A DNA stretch of 63,884 nt, the filler included, from Reclinomonas americana ATCC 50394 (Eukaryota): the NCBI GenBank assembly GCA_048213135.1. It is 12 parts of 12 records of this genome, joined end to end, with 100 filler letters (N's around TTAATTAATTAA, not from the genome) between each part and the next. Parts side by side here need not be neighbours in the genome. Positions count along the whole stretch, not along the records: positions 1 to 12,379 come from AFZH01019879.1; positions 12,480 to 15,261 come from AFZH01019881.1; 10 more parts are not named here. The stretch is one strand, 5' to 3'. This document shows, in pieces, positions 1-13,200 of the stretch. Numbering within the stretch: position 1 is the first letter of the stretch; every line of letters begins with the position of its first letter. The position numbers and the translations under genes are program-made. Below the pieces are notes generated by a model, which did not search any database, was not told the origin of the DNA, and worked only from the letters and a program-made list of their open reading frames with translations.

Positions 1-140
1 CTCGATGTCAGCTTCCGGTACGGCTCGTTCCATGTGACGCACATGACGCGGCCGCCTGTGGACACCAATGAGAAGAAGAAGAAGAAGAAGAAGGAGAAGG
101 AGAAGGAGAAGGAGAAGATCACGGGGAAGGACAAGAAGAT

Positions 141-176
<36 letters not shown>

Positions 177-675
177 AGGGCAGAGGCATGACGCACCCTT
201 GTGACCCTCGAGGCTTTGATTCATGGTCAGCGTGGCGCCTGGATTCTTCTTCGAGTCACCGCTGTCCAGTTGCACAACCTTGAGCAGGTTGGCCTCGCCA
301 CCGCATGCAATCCATCCATGATCGGCATTCCAGCTGATACAATGCAGCGGGATGTTGTTGGGAATGGCAATCTACACGAGAGAGCGACAAGAGAAAACAA
401 AATTGAGGTCAACGACTCAACGCGCAAGAGCGATTTGGACTGTCTGCGTGTGTGTGCGTGTGTGAGAGAGGAGAGTGGAAGATGACTGGCAGTGCACACG
501 CAGACGCAAGGGCACAGACACACAGCGCAAAGTGTGAGCGTGGGTTTTCGCGCCATGTCCAAACCGCCTTCAACGCCCGCTCTCTCTCGCTCACACGCAA
601 ACACACGCATGTGCCAGTAGTGCGCATACATAGACACATAGACACACAGACCTTCTTTGCCAAGTAGACAAACAT
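1..675 (-). CDS. IFT121: Intraflagellar transport protein 121 / WDR35, 5' part (exons 675-652, 371-197, 55-1); continues beyond the window
   Basis: The spliced translation MFVYLAKK|IAIPNNIPLHCISWNADHGWIACGGEANLLKVVQL...LTMNQSLEGHK|GGRVMCVTWNEPYRKLTS matches the WDR35 N-terminus (MFxYLSKKIxIPNN...WN...GWIACGG...MNQTLEGH...VTWNE..KLTTSD). Both introns are GT-AG. Confidence 0.95.
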
Positions 676-750
676 GGCGCCTTGTCACAGACGGCGCACG
701 GGCTGTGTCATCTGTCGACTGGAGTGGAGTGGTGGAAAAACACATCAACC

Positions 751-2953
751 ATGTTTCGTCGCCTTGGCGGGCAGGTCAGTCGCCTCCTCCCTGTGTACAT
801 CTGCACACTGCACACTGCACACACGCAGCTGCATTTCCGCTGCGCGCGCGCCTGTGTGTGCAGTTGCTGTTTGTGCGCCATTTCGCGACTGACTTCTGTG
901 TGTGTCTTTGTGCGTGTGTGTGTGCAGCTGCTGCGCCGGCCACTGTCGGCCATTGCAGCGTCGCCGTCGTCCACGCCACTGCGTGCGTCGGTGACCGAGC
1001 TGACCACGCTGCCGAGTGGTGCGTTGTGTGTGTGTGTGATGGCGCGCACATGCGCGCATGGTTCTCTCGCTCTCTCTTCCTCCCTCCCTGCCCTCCCATC
1101 TTCTCTCGTCTCATACACGCACGCGTGCATGCTCTCCCCTTTCCCCTCGTCATCCTCTCTGCACAACATGCATGTTTTTCACTCTCTCAACGTGCATGCA
1201 TGATGATGATGATTATGTTTCAGGCTTGCGTGTGGCATCGGAGACGCTGCCTGGAGAGACTGCCACTGTGGGCATCTACATCAATGCGGGTTCTCGCTTT
1301 GAGTCGGCAGCCAACAATGGCACCGCGCACTTCCTCGAGCACCTCACCTTCAAGGTCTGTGCACGATCGCCACTCGTGTGAGGTGATTTGAGTCTCACGG
1401 GTGACTCGTTGTTAGGGAACGCCGTCGCTGTCGCAGCGTGACCTGGAGCTGAGCTTTGAGGACATGGGTGGTCACCTCAATGCCTACACGAGCCGTGAGC
1501 AGACCGTGTACTTTGCCAAGGTCCGCGCGCGGCTTGCGGCTAGATGCGGCATCTTTTTTGGTCTCACGCCCCCTGTTCGCAGGTCTTCAAGCGCGACGTG
1601 GGCCGCGCAGTGCAGATCCTTGGTGATATCCTGCAGAACTCGAAGCTCGAGGAGGTCTGTCGGGAGTGTTTGCTGGCGCTGCAACGCGATGCAACAGAAT
1701 GCTGACGTACAGAGTGATGATGATGCGACAGACTGCAATCGAGAATGAGCGTGGAACTATCCTGCGCGAGCAGCAGGAGGTGGAGAGCATTATGGAGGAG
1801 GTGTTGTTTGATCAGTTGCACGCCACGGCGTATCAGACTTCCAGCTTGGGTCGCACCATTTTGGGCCCGGCTGAGAACATCAAGTCGATCCGCCGCGAAG
1901 ACCTGACCAACTACGTGCAGACTCACTACACTGCTCCTCGGTGAATACCTCCGTCGGCACTCTCCTCCTCTCCTCTACTCTCTCCACACCCAAGTGGCGA
2001 AGCGTGCTGACCACCCTCTCTTTAAATGCAGTATCGTGCTGGCCGGTGCCGGTGCGGTGAATCACGCGGAGCTGGTGGATTTGGCCAACAAGCATCTGAG
2101 CAAGTTCAAGTCGGCTGCTGACTCGACGCCGCTGGAGAAGCTGCGCGAGCCCGCTGTCTACGTGGGCTCTGATGTTGCGTCCTCGTCGTCATGGTGGTGG
2201 TGGTGGTGAGAGTGCAGCTGTCGATTGACCCGAAAAACAAACAAAAACAGGTGCGCATCGAGGCCGACATTCCGTTGGTGCACGTGGCTGTTGCAGTCGA
2301 GGGACCCGGCTGGACGTCACCCGACCTGATGACCTTTATTGTGATGCAAACCATGCTGGGCTCGTGGAACCGCACGTCGATTGGTGGCAAGCACCTGTCG
2401 TCGCGCATGTGCCAGTCGATTGCGCAGCAAAATCTGGCGCACTCCGTGACCACCTTCAATTCGCCGTACGCGGACACTGGCCTCTTTGGTGTGTACGCCA
2501 CGGCCGAGGAGGGTCGCTTGGATGACCTGTTGTACGAGATTCAGAGCGAGTGGGTCCGTCTGTGCCACGAGGTGCCGGCGGTGGAGCTGGCTCGCGCCAA
2601 GACGGCGCTGAAGACTGCCCTGTTGGTGGATCTCGACGGCACCTCTGCGGTGTGCGAGGAGATTGGCCGACAAATGCTGACCTTTGGTCGTCGCATCCCG
2701 ATTACGGAAATTTTTGCCAGCATTGACGCCGTGACGGAGCAGAGCATCATCGAGTTGCGTCGGCGTGGCGGAGTTCGTGTCTTTTTTCATATTTCATTTG
2801 GTGGGGGAGCTAAAGTGTGCCTGTTTGCTGGAACACAGTGCTGGTCAGCGCTACATTTTCGACAAGGATCCAGTCCTGGCCGCGATTGGTCACATCAAGT
2901 CGCTGCCCGACTACAACAAGATCCGCCGCTGGACCTACTGGCTGCGAAGCTAA
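751..2953 (+). CDS. MPPB: Mitochondrial processing peptidase beta subunit (M16 family), multi-exon
   Basis: Arg-rich presequence [15 protein letters not shown]. Motifs include [26 protein letters not shown], the inverted zinc motif [47 protein letters not shown] and [17 protein letters not shown]-terminus [16 protein letters not shown]. Confidence 0.95.
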
Positions 2954-3182
2954 GCGCGTCGCAGCGAAGAGAGGCCGAGTGGAACGTGTGTGGATGCGCG
3001 GAGTCTCTCTTCATCGTGATGATGTCTTGCGAGAGTGTACACAGACCAGAAATTGGCGTGAAACGCTGGCTGGGTTGAGAACCCTGCCTCGAGAAAGTAG
3101 GGCAACGTCGTGAGACAACACTTGGTGTCCCGGACCTCAGTCATCAAGCTTCGTTGCTGTCGGTGTACGCAGACGATAAAGA

Positions 3183-4121
3183 ATGGCCAGCCGAGGAGAG
3201 GAGGAAACAAAGAAGCTGGTGGAGCAGACGCAGGTTCGCAGCACAGAGAGTGCGATGTCGCACACGAGGAGATCATCATCATGTGTTGATGCTTTTGCGT
3301 GTGTGTGTGCTTGCTCTGACCCCACAGGAGCAACTGAACCGCCTGCTTCTCCAACTGCAAGACTGTGAAGAGCTGAAGGGTGATTTGGAGCCTGAGGTAT
3401 GTGTGTGCGTGTGTCTATATGCGCATTCCTCCGCATTCATCGTGACACACACGCACAGGAGTACGAGGAAACACGCCGCGAGACACTGGAGCAGGTACGT
3501 GTGGAGCCGAGTCGACCTCTCACTCGCTTGCTCACTCGTCACCGCAGTTGCGTGAGTTTCAAAGAACTCTCGACACGCTGGTGCGCGGAAACCTCTCGCT
3601 CGTCGACCAGTTCAGCAGCGTGCAGCTGGTGCGTGCGTGTGTGTGTCGCTCTCCCTCCCACAACGTCTTCGCCCTTTCATGAGCTGGCTCATGCTGTGAC
3701 AGGCCATTCGAGCTGCCGTGTCGGAGGCATTCAAGACACCGGAAGTCATTGCGCTGTTTGCTCGTCGCCAGCCCGGTCAGCTGCGTTCGCGATTGGCGGC
3801 CATTCAGCAGGAGTTCCAGCTGCAGAAGCTGCCGGAGGAGGCGTATTTGATGCAGAGCGTGGAGATCTTGGTAGCACTCAAGCAACTGGGCGAGGAGGTC
3901 TGGCTGCTGCTTTCTCTTCTCACTTTGTGGTCTTTGTTTGCGCGCGCGTGTGTTGACGTGCGCGATCGGTGTAGCTGACGGAGAGCGAGAAGGCCTTCTT
4001 GGCTGCGAATGCCTCCGGGTCGATGCGCAACTTCGAGACCGTGGATGCGGACTCCGAGGTCGGCGCGCAGAGGACAGTGTTGGCCCAAGCCGGCAGCGCT
4101 ATTCGGCATGCGTCCAAGTGA
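3183..4121 (+). CDS. LZIC: LZIC (leucine zipper and ICAT/CTNNBIP1-domain protein), multi-exon
   Basis: The spliced translation MASRGEEETKKL...EQLNRLLLQLQDCEE...EYEETRRETLEQL.EF...GNLSLVDQFSSVQL|AIRAAVSEAFKTPEVIALFARRQPGQLRSRLA...VEILVALKQLGEE|LTESEKAFL follows the LZIC consensus throughout. Confidence 0.93.
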
Positions 4122-4232
4122 ACGGGGGGTGCGAACTCGGGTGAGCCACCGAGCAGCAATGGATTATACACCCTCAATGGAATCGACGTGTGTTGTGTGC
4201 ATTGAACGACAACTGTCTTTCTTTTTCCCTCC

Positions 4233-7200
4233 TCAGCCCACACCCCACAAGAACATGTCGCCGTGGCGATCGCCGGCAGCCAGCTCCGTGAGATCCGGAC
4301 TGTGTACGCGTATCGCATGTTTTAGTTCTTGATGTGAGGTGACGGCGACAAGGCAGTGCAGACGCAACGAGAATGCCAGTGCAGTTACTGGTGCGGTGGT
4401 GAGACGCGGCATGTCCACCAACGGCCGCAGGTCCCACGACGAGTACAACAGCACCTCGCCTCGCTCGGTTCCCACGGCCACCACATTGCGATGCACACCC
4501 TCGGTGCCGTGACTGAATATGAGCGCGGTGACACTATGTACGCCGTGTGTCAGCATCGGCGAGCGACAGCGGCACTCGAGAAAGAAAGAGGACATACCGA
4601 CTCATCACGCTCTGTTGACCCACACGTTCGCCATTGATGCTCCACAGCTCCACGTTCGACGCCTCATCTTCGCTGCTGATGCTAGCCGTCACAATGTCGC
4701 CCTGCATTTTTCTCGCCGACGTGAGCCAACCACAACTCACTTTTCTCTGCATGCCCCTGACACACATCGCTGACAAACCGAGGTCTCCGAGAGCGCCACA
4801 CAAACGACAGTGTCACCGGTCACACGAAGCGTGCGAATGTACTGCAACCGAGTGAGGTCCCACACGATGACGGTGCCGTCGACCGAGCCGCTGACGATGA
4901 GATGGTACTCCTCGCTGACCACCACGCTCGTCACCGGGCCGTCGTGGCCAGTGAGCACGTCCAAGGCCACAAAGCAGCCAGTCAGACTGCTGTTCGATGG
5001 CGAAGATGCTTGCATGGCTGCGGTCGTGCGCAGCCGCCACACACGCACTGCACATGCGTGGTGAGTGGAAGGAGCATCCACGCGCAACGAAACAGGGAAT
5101 AAGTGGACGCACCCGACCCACGGGAACTGCCGGTGGCCATCCACCGACCACTGGACGATACGTGGCAGCAGCGCACTTCTTCGGAGCGCGGCAGCGAGAC
5201 ACGGCACACGACGCGCGACTTGTCGGTCGAGCAGAGGCGAATGGCGTTGTCCCAGTAGTGGTAGCTGCGGCAGAACCGTCGTCAGCATAGAGATCAACAA
5301 GCAACTCGACGCAAGACGAGAACAACGCACGCAAGGTAGTACTTGTAGAGCGGCGGCACTGGAATGGTGAATTGTGGAAGTGCAGTTGGCGACGAATTGT
5401 ACACAATGCTGCCGATGGGCACATCCAGCTCGTTCGGCAGCGTGGACTGGCGGAAGAGACGAGCAGTGCCGGTGACTGGAAACACACACCCGGGAATGAG
5501 TGGTCTTCATACCGGGGAAGACGAAAACATGCGTGCACATACCGACACTCTCATCGAGAGGGAGTGCCACATGACGCGACGGCAGCGACTGGCGACCGGG
5601 GACGACGGCAAAGTGTGCCAGCTCCAGCAGCGTCGTCAGTGCTGCGCGCTTGAGGTCGGCGCGTGCAGGGTGCGGATTACCAAAGAGCTGACGCGGTGTC
5701 TGACCAAACAGATCGATTTGGGTAATGATGCTCTGTGTTCACCGCGCGCGGTGAGTGACCGGATCAAGATGGACGAAACGAACATACACGAGTGCACAGG
5801 TGACGGCAGTGAATACGCAACAGCTTTGCGCACAGGATCGTCAATCTTGTCAACGTCGACGCCACCCTCGTACGTGTAGGGATGGAACACATTCATGGCC
5901 TCCACGGCCTTGGGCCCCTGCATTCGGTGTGAGCAAGAGGGGCACACATAGAGTGATGTGGAACATCTGGCGGTGACGCAACTTGCTGCTTGCTGCCAAA
6001 GATCAAGTCGATCCAGTGATGCAGGTTGCGCGACACCGGTGCCGACTCGAGTGCCTCGCGATGCAAACGGACGTATGTGCGCGCGCTGTTCCACCCACAG
6101 TCAGCCAGCCAGCACACGACTCGAGAGAGCATTAAAAGCTCACGCAACTTGTCTTGCGCCCACACCGGCAGTTCCACGTTGCTGACAGGCGCGCCCGTGC
6201 TCTCGGTGCCGAGATTTACCCCGTTGGCGTTGACAAACATCTCTGGCAGGCAATAAAACTCGGGAATGAGTTCCTTGACTTGCCTGCCGACAGCCGCCGA
6301 GGTGAGCCACGACGCGGCCACCGAGCGGAATGTGCGGTCGTCGAAGCGCTTGTTGAACCAGAGATAGAATGACGTGTACGGTTCCACGCGCACTGTGCAC
6401 ACAGTGAGTTGAAGGAGGAGAGGTGGAAGTGCGCATCGCAGACAAACAAGCACGCACCAAGATAGCCGAGTACAATGCCACGCGTGGAGTAATGACTGCC
6501 GTAGTGGAAGGGATGCAACAAATCGAGTTCCTTGCTCTCCTCAAAGCACTCCTTCGCGCGAGCACACACACAATTGCAGTGAGTGTGGCGGCGCCCGCGC
6601 TGGCAATAGAGCACGGAAAACAAGACACGGACCTGAAAGACGGCGACGCGAGATGGATGTTGTGTACCCATGGGTTTGCAGAGGTTGCGCAGGTTGCTGA
6701 GCTGCGAGGTGTCGAGCTCCGGCGAACCGTGGTCGGCCACAATGTGTGGAAACACGGGATACTGGCACAGATCGTTGAACGAGCGACCGGCGAGAGTGTT
6801 GAGCACCATGAGGTACTCGAAGTTGCTCACGGAGCCCTCCTGCTCACGGTCGTCGTCAGCTTCTCTCCACAAGAGAGAGAGAGAGACAGAGGTTGGGAGA
6901 AGAGAGACACGCGCACGCACCTTCCACCGCTGATGGATACTCTTGGTCCAGAACGTGCCTTGCGCCTCGGCTTCGTAATCCACCAGATCGGGACAGTCCA
7001 TGGCCTTGACCAACGCCGACACCGATTTCCTGTTCGCACGTACGCAGCGTCAGCGGGAAGCACAAACACGCTCAGACACACATGCGCGTGTTGGGCTCAC
7101 CTTGCTCGTTCCTCGGCAAATGCGAAAAAGTACGCCTTTCCACCCATGAGGTAGATCTCAAGACCGGTGTTGCGCAACAAATGTCTGCGCCACAACGTGA

Positions 7201-10200
7201 GTCATTGATTAACCTCTGCATTGCCCACCACCTCGCTCCTCCACGCACCTTCGCCAGTGAACTTCGCGAATCTGGTTGTAGGGGAACGACACCGAGTGTG
7301 ACTTGCCGTGCACGATCTTGTCCGCGAAAAAGTACATGCGCAGTTCGCCGACCACCACCTCGCCCTGCAATGCACCATTCAGTCGTCCTCTTGACGATCG
7401 CGCACACACAAAAGGGAAGAACTGCGCACCGGGGTGACAGTCATCGTGGTGATTCGGTCGGCGCTGTAAGAGTTGATCACACGCTCGCCGGGGGCCAGCT
7501 GACGGAACGGCTCGGTGAAAAGTTCCTCTGTCATTGTCGATGCGCTGCAACACACGACCAGCCCAAGTGAGGGGGCATGCGCACACAAATGCTCGCGTAC
7601 GAGCGCGCCCACGAGAGAGCCGTACCTTTCCTCCAGCATGTCTTCAATGTTCTGGCGCAGCGCGACAAACTCGTCGACCGCGAAGCGCGCCAAGTAACTC
7701 AAGTGCGCCAAACGAGTCGGCGGTGCCGGTGCCGCACTCGACTGTGCCACCTCCGTCGATTCCGACTGTGCGACCGCCTGCTGCAGTGCGCGACACTGTG
7801 TCAAGAAACGGCATCGACAGACAGTGTGGAGAATTCGACAGGGGTACCTTATCCGACGCCTTTGGTGGAAACAGCGTCTCGTGGTCCTGGTGCATCCACA
7901 CATCGATCGGCTTGAGACGGACACGCACACGCTCGTAGTTGGCCACATTGTCCAACTTCCAGCGCGTGCGACCGTAGCCAGAGGTGTGCATGACATTCCA
8001 GACACTGCGCTCCTGCATCAGCTTCTTGACCACGCGGCGCCACGCTTGCGACAACGCTGTCTCGTTCTGTGCTCGCTCGCGAATCTGTGGCGCGCGCCAA
8101 TCGCGAGTAAGCACCAGCCAAATCGATCGGCGCCACCTGCCTCTCCCCGCCTCACCTTCATCAGTCGTCGCTGCTCTGACATGGTGCTCTCCATAATCAA
8201 CGCGGTGTCGATCATCTGGGACCGCTCCTCACAACCACGATACTCGCCGGCATCTTCCGTGCGACACAAGTTCAACTTGGCGCGCCGATCGGCCGACAGG
8301 CGCAAGTCGGGCATGACACGCGACTCCTCACGCTGCCACACCAGTACCTGGCCAATGACCGACTCCTGCAATGTGCAAAAAAGTCAACAGATGCTATCCA
8401 CGCACACAAGTTGCGAGCTATCTCACGCACCCGGAACACTGCCGATCCCCAGCCATGCGAGAAGTCGTCGGACACGCGCAGCAGTTCCGCCTGCCGACAA
8501 TCGTCAGCTCATCACCTCCGGTGCGTGCACACATACGAGGACACACTCACCACCATGCTCAGCACTTCCGGTGACGCCGCGTTTCCAATGTGCTCCGCAA
8601 AGAGATTCTTGAACACGGACGATCTCAGTTTGAACAGCATGTCCCAGTACTGCGCTGCATGTCAGAAGGAGCAGCACAGCGAATACTCAGAGAGTACGAA
8701 AGTAACAAACCAACGTGTTCAGCTCCTGCAGTCTCTCACTCTCGTGACTGAACAGGCGCGAGAGGTAGAACAGGTACTGCACAGCAAAGCCCTTGTCCTC
8801 CGACAGGTTCTTCACAAATGCAGGCGAAATCGTCAGCTTCGACAGCATGTACGTGCACAGCGGTGTCTCCAGCGGACCTGCGCATAGAGAGAGCAGTCAG
8901 ATTCATGTAGCGCGAAGGATAGCGACAAGAAAATAAATCCGTCGTGATGCGTACCGGTGATGCGCGCCATTTGCAGAAACAGGCGACACAAGCGCACGAT
9001 GAGCGTCTCACGCAGCACGCCCGTGAACAACTCCGTGGGCAGCATGGAGCCGGATGTGCGGATGCCGAATGCTTGATGGAGTACCAAGTCCAACAAGTGG
9101 AATATGGTAGACACCAGACCGGCACTGACGTCGTGCAACTGCACAACAATGGGGAAAACAGTGAGTCATTGTGCCACGCTTTCCTAGCACGCGACTCACA
9201 ACGCGTACCACTCGCAAACTCGACGGCAAGGCTGCAATGGCACTGCGATGGCAGTCCAATATGCTGGACTCCACCAGCGTGTGCTCTCGCTGGCAGCCGC
9301 TGCTGAGAACGAGCAGCTCGCGCACGGCCTGCTTGGTGAATGAGCGGAGGCGCGAGTCGTCTTCCATGGCCGACGCGGTGGGCGACGGTGGTCCCGAGCT
9401 CGCATACGACGCCGTGGCCGCAGCAGTTGCCGCACTCAGCGACGACGTCGACGACGAAGGGTCAGTGGCAGAGACCGACGAACTGCCGCCGTCCTCGAAC
9501 CATATGCGGGTGTCGTGGGCCAGAAAACGAACATCGTCGCGCATCCAGTGACTTGCCAGCGTCAGACAACACAGCGAGAAATCGGGGAATGTCGACTGGG
9601 CGCGGCGCGGCGACACAAACTGGAAGCGACCACTGTAGACTGCGACCAGCGCGGACGTCAAGTAGTGCTCCATGGCGCGTTTCAGCGGCATCTCCAAACG
9701 CATTTCGTCCACAAACTGCGCACAAGCAACAGAAATGGCCGTGATTGAGAGAGAGAGAGAGCACATGACATAACACTGCATACGACACGCACCGCAAAGA
9801 ACATGGACCACAGATCGCGGCCACGAGCAAGCGTGGTCGAGTAGCGGCACTGCATCACCACAGCCTGCATCACCACGCTCACACAGTCGACCCATTCGTA
9901 TTTGCACGCGGTGTTCAGGCACTTTAGCAGAGCGTACAGCAGCTGCACAAAGATGTGGCAGTCAGGACACGTACTTGGGGTGGGCCTTGTGCGTGCAAAT
10001 GACAAACCTTGGCCGACACCAGCGAGGTGCGCTTGGCCGGTGAACAGCGCTTGTCGAGCATGTCGGAAAAGTGCCGAATCACCGACGCCATGGTGTCCGG
10101 GTCGCGGGTGGCACTGAGGGCGTCAATCACCACCCACAAGAGGTCGTGCCGATCGAGCGCGAGGTAACCGTCGCTCGGCGATGCGACTCCACTGATCGCA

Positions 10201-13200
10201 TTGTCCGAGTTCGAGCGCTTCAGCTTGCTGCGTTTCTTCCTCCGCTTCGACGACTTGCGCTCTTGCGAGATTGAGCTGCGACCGCCGTCGTCCTCTGCTC
10301 GCGCACACCCCACAAATGAGTGCGCAGGCGGACACAAGAATATCTCTCCACCACTTACACACCGTCAGTGGAAATGTGTTCCACCGCATGTACGGCAGCC
10401 AGCGGTCCCGAACCCGACGTGTCGCCCAGGTTCTCGAAGAGCAACAAGAACTCGGCAGGCGACAGCGGCACACGCCGCAGGTGCCAGGCAAGTTGCGCAA
10501 ACCCATTCATCGCAGTGAACTTGGCCGAGAGCGGTGGCACCGACAGGAATCGATCGAGGATCTGCAAGTACACGTAGCGCATGCACGAATTCGGGTTCTC
10601 GAGGAAGCGCAGCAGTTTGGAGAACGGCAATATCTCGCCCTCGAGCATCTGCAGTGACTCACGCCACTCGGGCGACGAGATTTTCGCTGCACCACCGCCA
10701 GCACATTGAGATAAGCAGAAAGCACACAAATCATCTCTCGGCATGGAGAAAACCACACGCACCGCGCAGCAACGTGGCCGTGGCCAGACCAACAGTGAGA
10801 CATTGCGACACGGCGCCGCGCCAGTCGACACCCGATCGCAGTGCGTTGAATACCGCTGTGCGCAACGTTTTAAGATGCGTCGCGCACAAGTAATATGCAA
10901 CAAATAGATGATACCTTGATGCGCAAATCGCGACGACTCGGTCTCAGACGATAGGCTGTGGAGGCAACTGCGTCAGATCCGTGAAATGGCACGAAGACAA
11001 AAAATCGCGAAACAACATGCACGCAACAGCGAGTGGAGGGTGGTGAGAAATTGCACCAGCGGACGAGCGTCGTCGACGTGCTCCACCAGCGGCTCAATCA
11101 CCATGCCAGCCTGCGGAACAAGTGACTGCGGCAACGCATGTCCCAGTGGAGTCGCGAATTCTCTGGACCGAGCACGATGCGCAGACGGATGTGGTGTCGC
11201 AGGTGCACCATCGGCAGCAGCCGTCGACGGCGTAGCGCCAGTGCCACCATTGACGTGCGGTACAGGCTGTGCAGTCAAAAATGTGAACCTCCCGACGACG
11301 GGTGCGAATAGTGTGCACACCACAACAACACACCTCGGCTTGCGACGGTCCACCGCGTTCGAATCGCGCTCGCTCAATCTCGCCAAAGGCCAACATCAGC
11401 AGATTCAAAAAGTCACCCTCCCGGCACACGCGTCGAATGTCGGCGGCGTGTGCATGCTGCAGCCGGCGATAGCAGCACAAGTCAACATCACGAACGACAT
11501 TCTTTCGCAAAAGCACACATACAGGCACACGAAACATCAGTCAGCAAGTAGCGCAGGCACGCCAGCCACTGCGCCACCACATCGCTCGACGCCGAGCTCC
11601 ACAGTCTGTAATCAAGAAGCAGTATCCGCAGGCCGTCTGCGTCGCACAGCCGCCCATCCACCAACCAGCACGCCGATTGTGCCGTGCGCCCGTGTCCTGC
11701 ACAATTGTCATCAGCAACAACAACAACAACGAAAACACACAACAAAAGGATACGCACCGCTCTGCTGCAGCGAGTATGCGTCGGGCTCCGCGCGTTGGAA
11801 TTCAGCCTCCAGCGAGCGCGAGGTGGCTCCCAAGTACGATCGGTCCAGCGACAGCAGCTGGTCCTCCTCGAAACCAACAAAGCGGAACGCAACACGCAAC
11901 GCGGCAGCCGACAGGCAAAAGCTCGACCGTCGCAAGTGCAAATTGAGCCAGTCGAAGCCGTTCATGGTGCGGAACTCGACGTCACACATGGGCGAGAATC
12001 GCACCAATGTGTACAGCAGATCGAGACAGTGCAGCTGCAAGTCGGGCTCGTCAACGCGCGCCAACAGCGCGAGAATCACTGGCGTGCCTCCCACGTGAGT
12101 CCACGTGCTCGCAATGCACGAGCGCTCCCCAGACACAATCTGCAACGTCGAAATCACAGGTTGGTCAATTGAGCTCCTCAAACAAAAAAAAAACGTACCA
12201 AAGCCAACAACTTCGTCACTCACCTTGCCGCCGTGCATGGCAGGGACAGCGAAGAAATGCACATTCTGGAACGAGGCATTGGTGGAGACAGGCGACACCG
12301 GTGACGTCGCCGCTGAAGACGACGACAGAGCTGACATGGAGCCGGAGGAGGAGCCGGTCGAGTTGGACTTGTTGGTCAANNNNNNNNNNNNNNNNNNNNN
12401 NNNNNNNNNNNNNNNNNNNNNNNTTAATTAATTAANNNNNNNNNNNNNNNNNNNNNNNNNNNNNNNNNNNNNNNNNNNNCCACCACCACCGCCACCACCA
12501 CCACCACCACCACCTCCGCCGATACCACCGCCGGTGGTGGAGGTCAGCACCAGCGGAGTGTACGGTAATAGCTCGCGATAACAGGATGGAGCGTTGAACT
12601 CAGCCGCGTGTGCCGACAGCACGAGCGTACTGATCAAATCCGCAGGTAGTCTTGGTGCATGCAGCAACCGCAAATACTCCTTCAAGTCACGCGTCTGCAC
12701 ATCCAGTGCCATGCACGAAACCAGTAATGACAAGACCAATGACCGCACGCACGCAAGAGGCGTGTGAGGCGAGCCAGCCGGCATCACATTCCGCCGTAAT
12801 GGAGACGACAGGGGACTCCTCGCATACGAGCCGGGAGACATGGGCGAATCCAGGTGCGCGAGCAGCATGGGAGACAACAGATCAGCATTGACAGACATGG
12901 AGGTGGAAACAGGAGACAGCGTGGTGGACTGGTCGGAGCGCGGCGTCGCCAGCTGTGGTGGTGCAGTCACGTGACCGTGACATGGCACGTAGTGGTCGAA
13001 AAAATGTACAAAATTGGATTCCAGTTCCTCGCTCCTGCACGTTCGTGAGCAACACAATCACAGACAGAAGGCGAGCCTCAAAAAAAAAAGACGAACCACG
13101 AAGCGCTGAGCATCATCGATGCTTCGTCGTCCACTGGAGGCCACAGGTGCCCGCATGTCAGCTCGGGGCTGGCGTCGGCCAGTACCATCGACATTCGATG

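Noticed and set aside
68..180. Lys/Glu/Arg-rich plus-strand reading frame from GAA/GGA repeats
   Set aside because: It is the complement of a pyrimidine-rich intron (56-196) of minus-strand IFT121.
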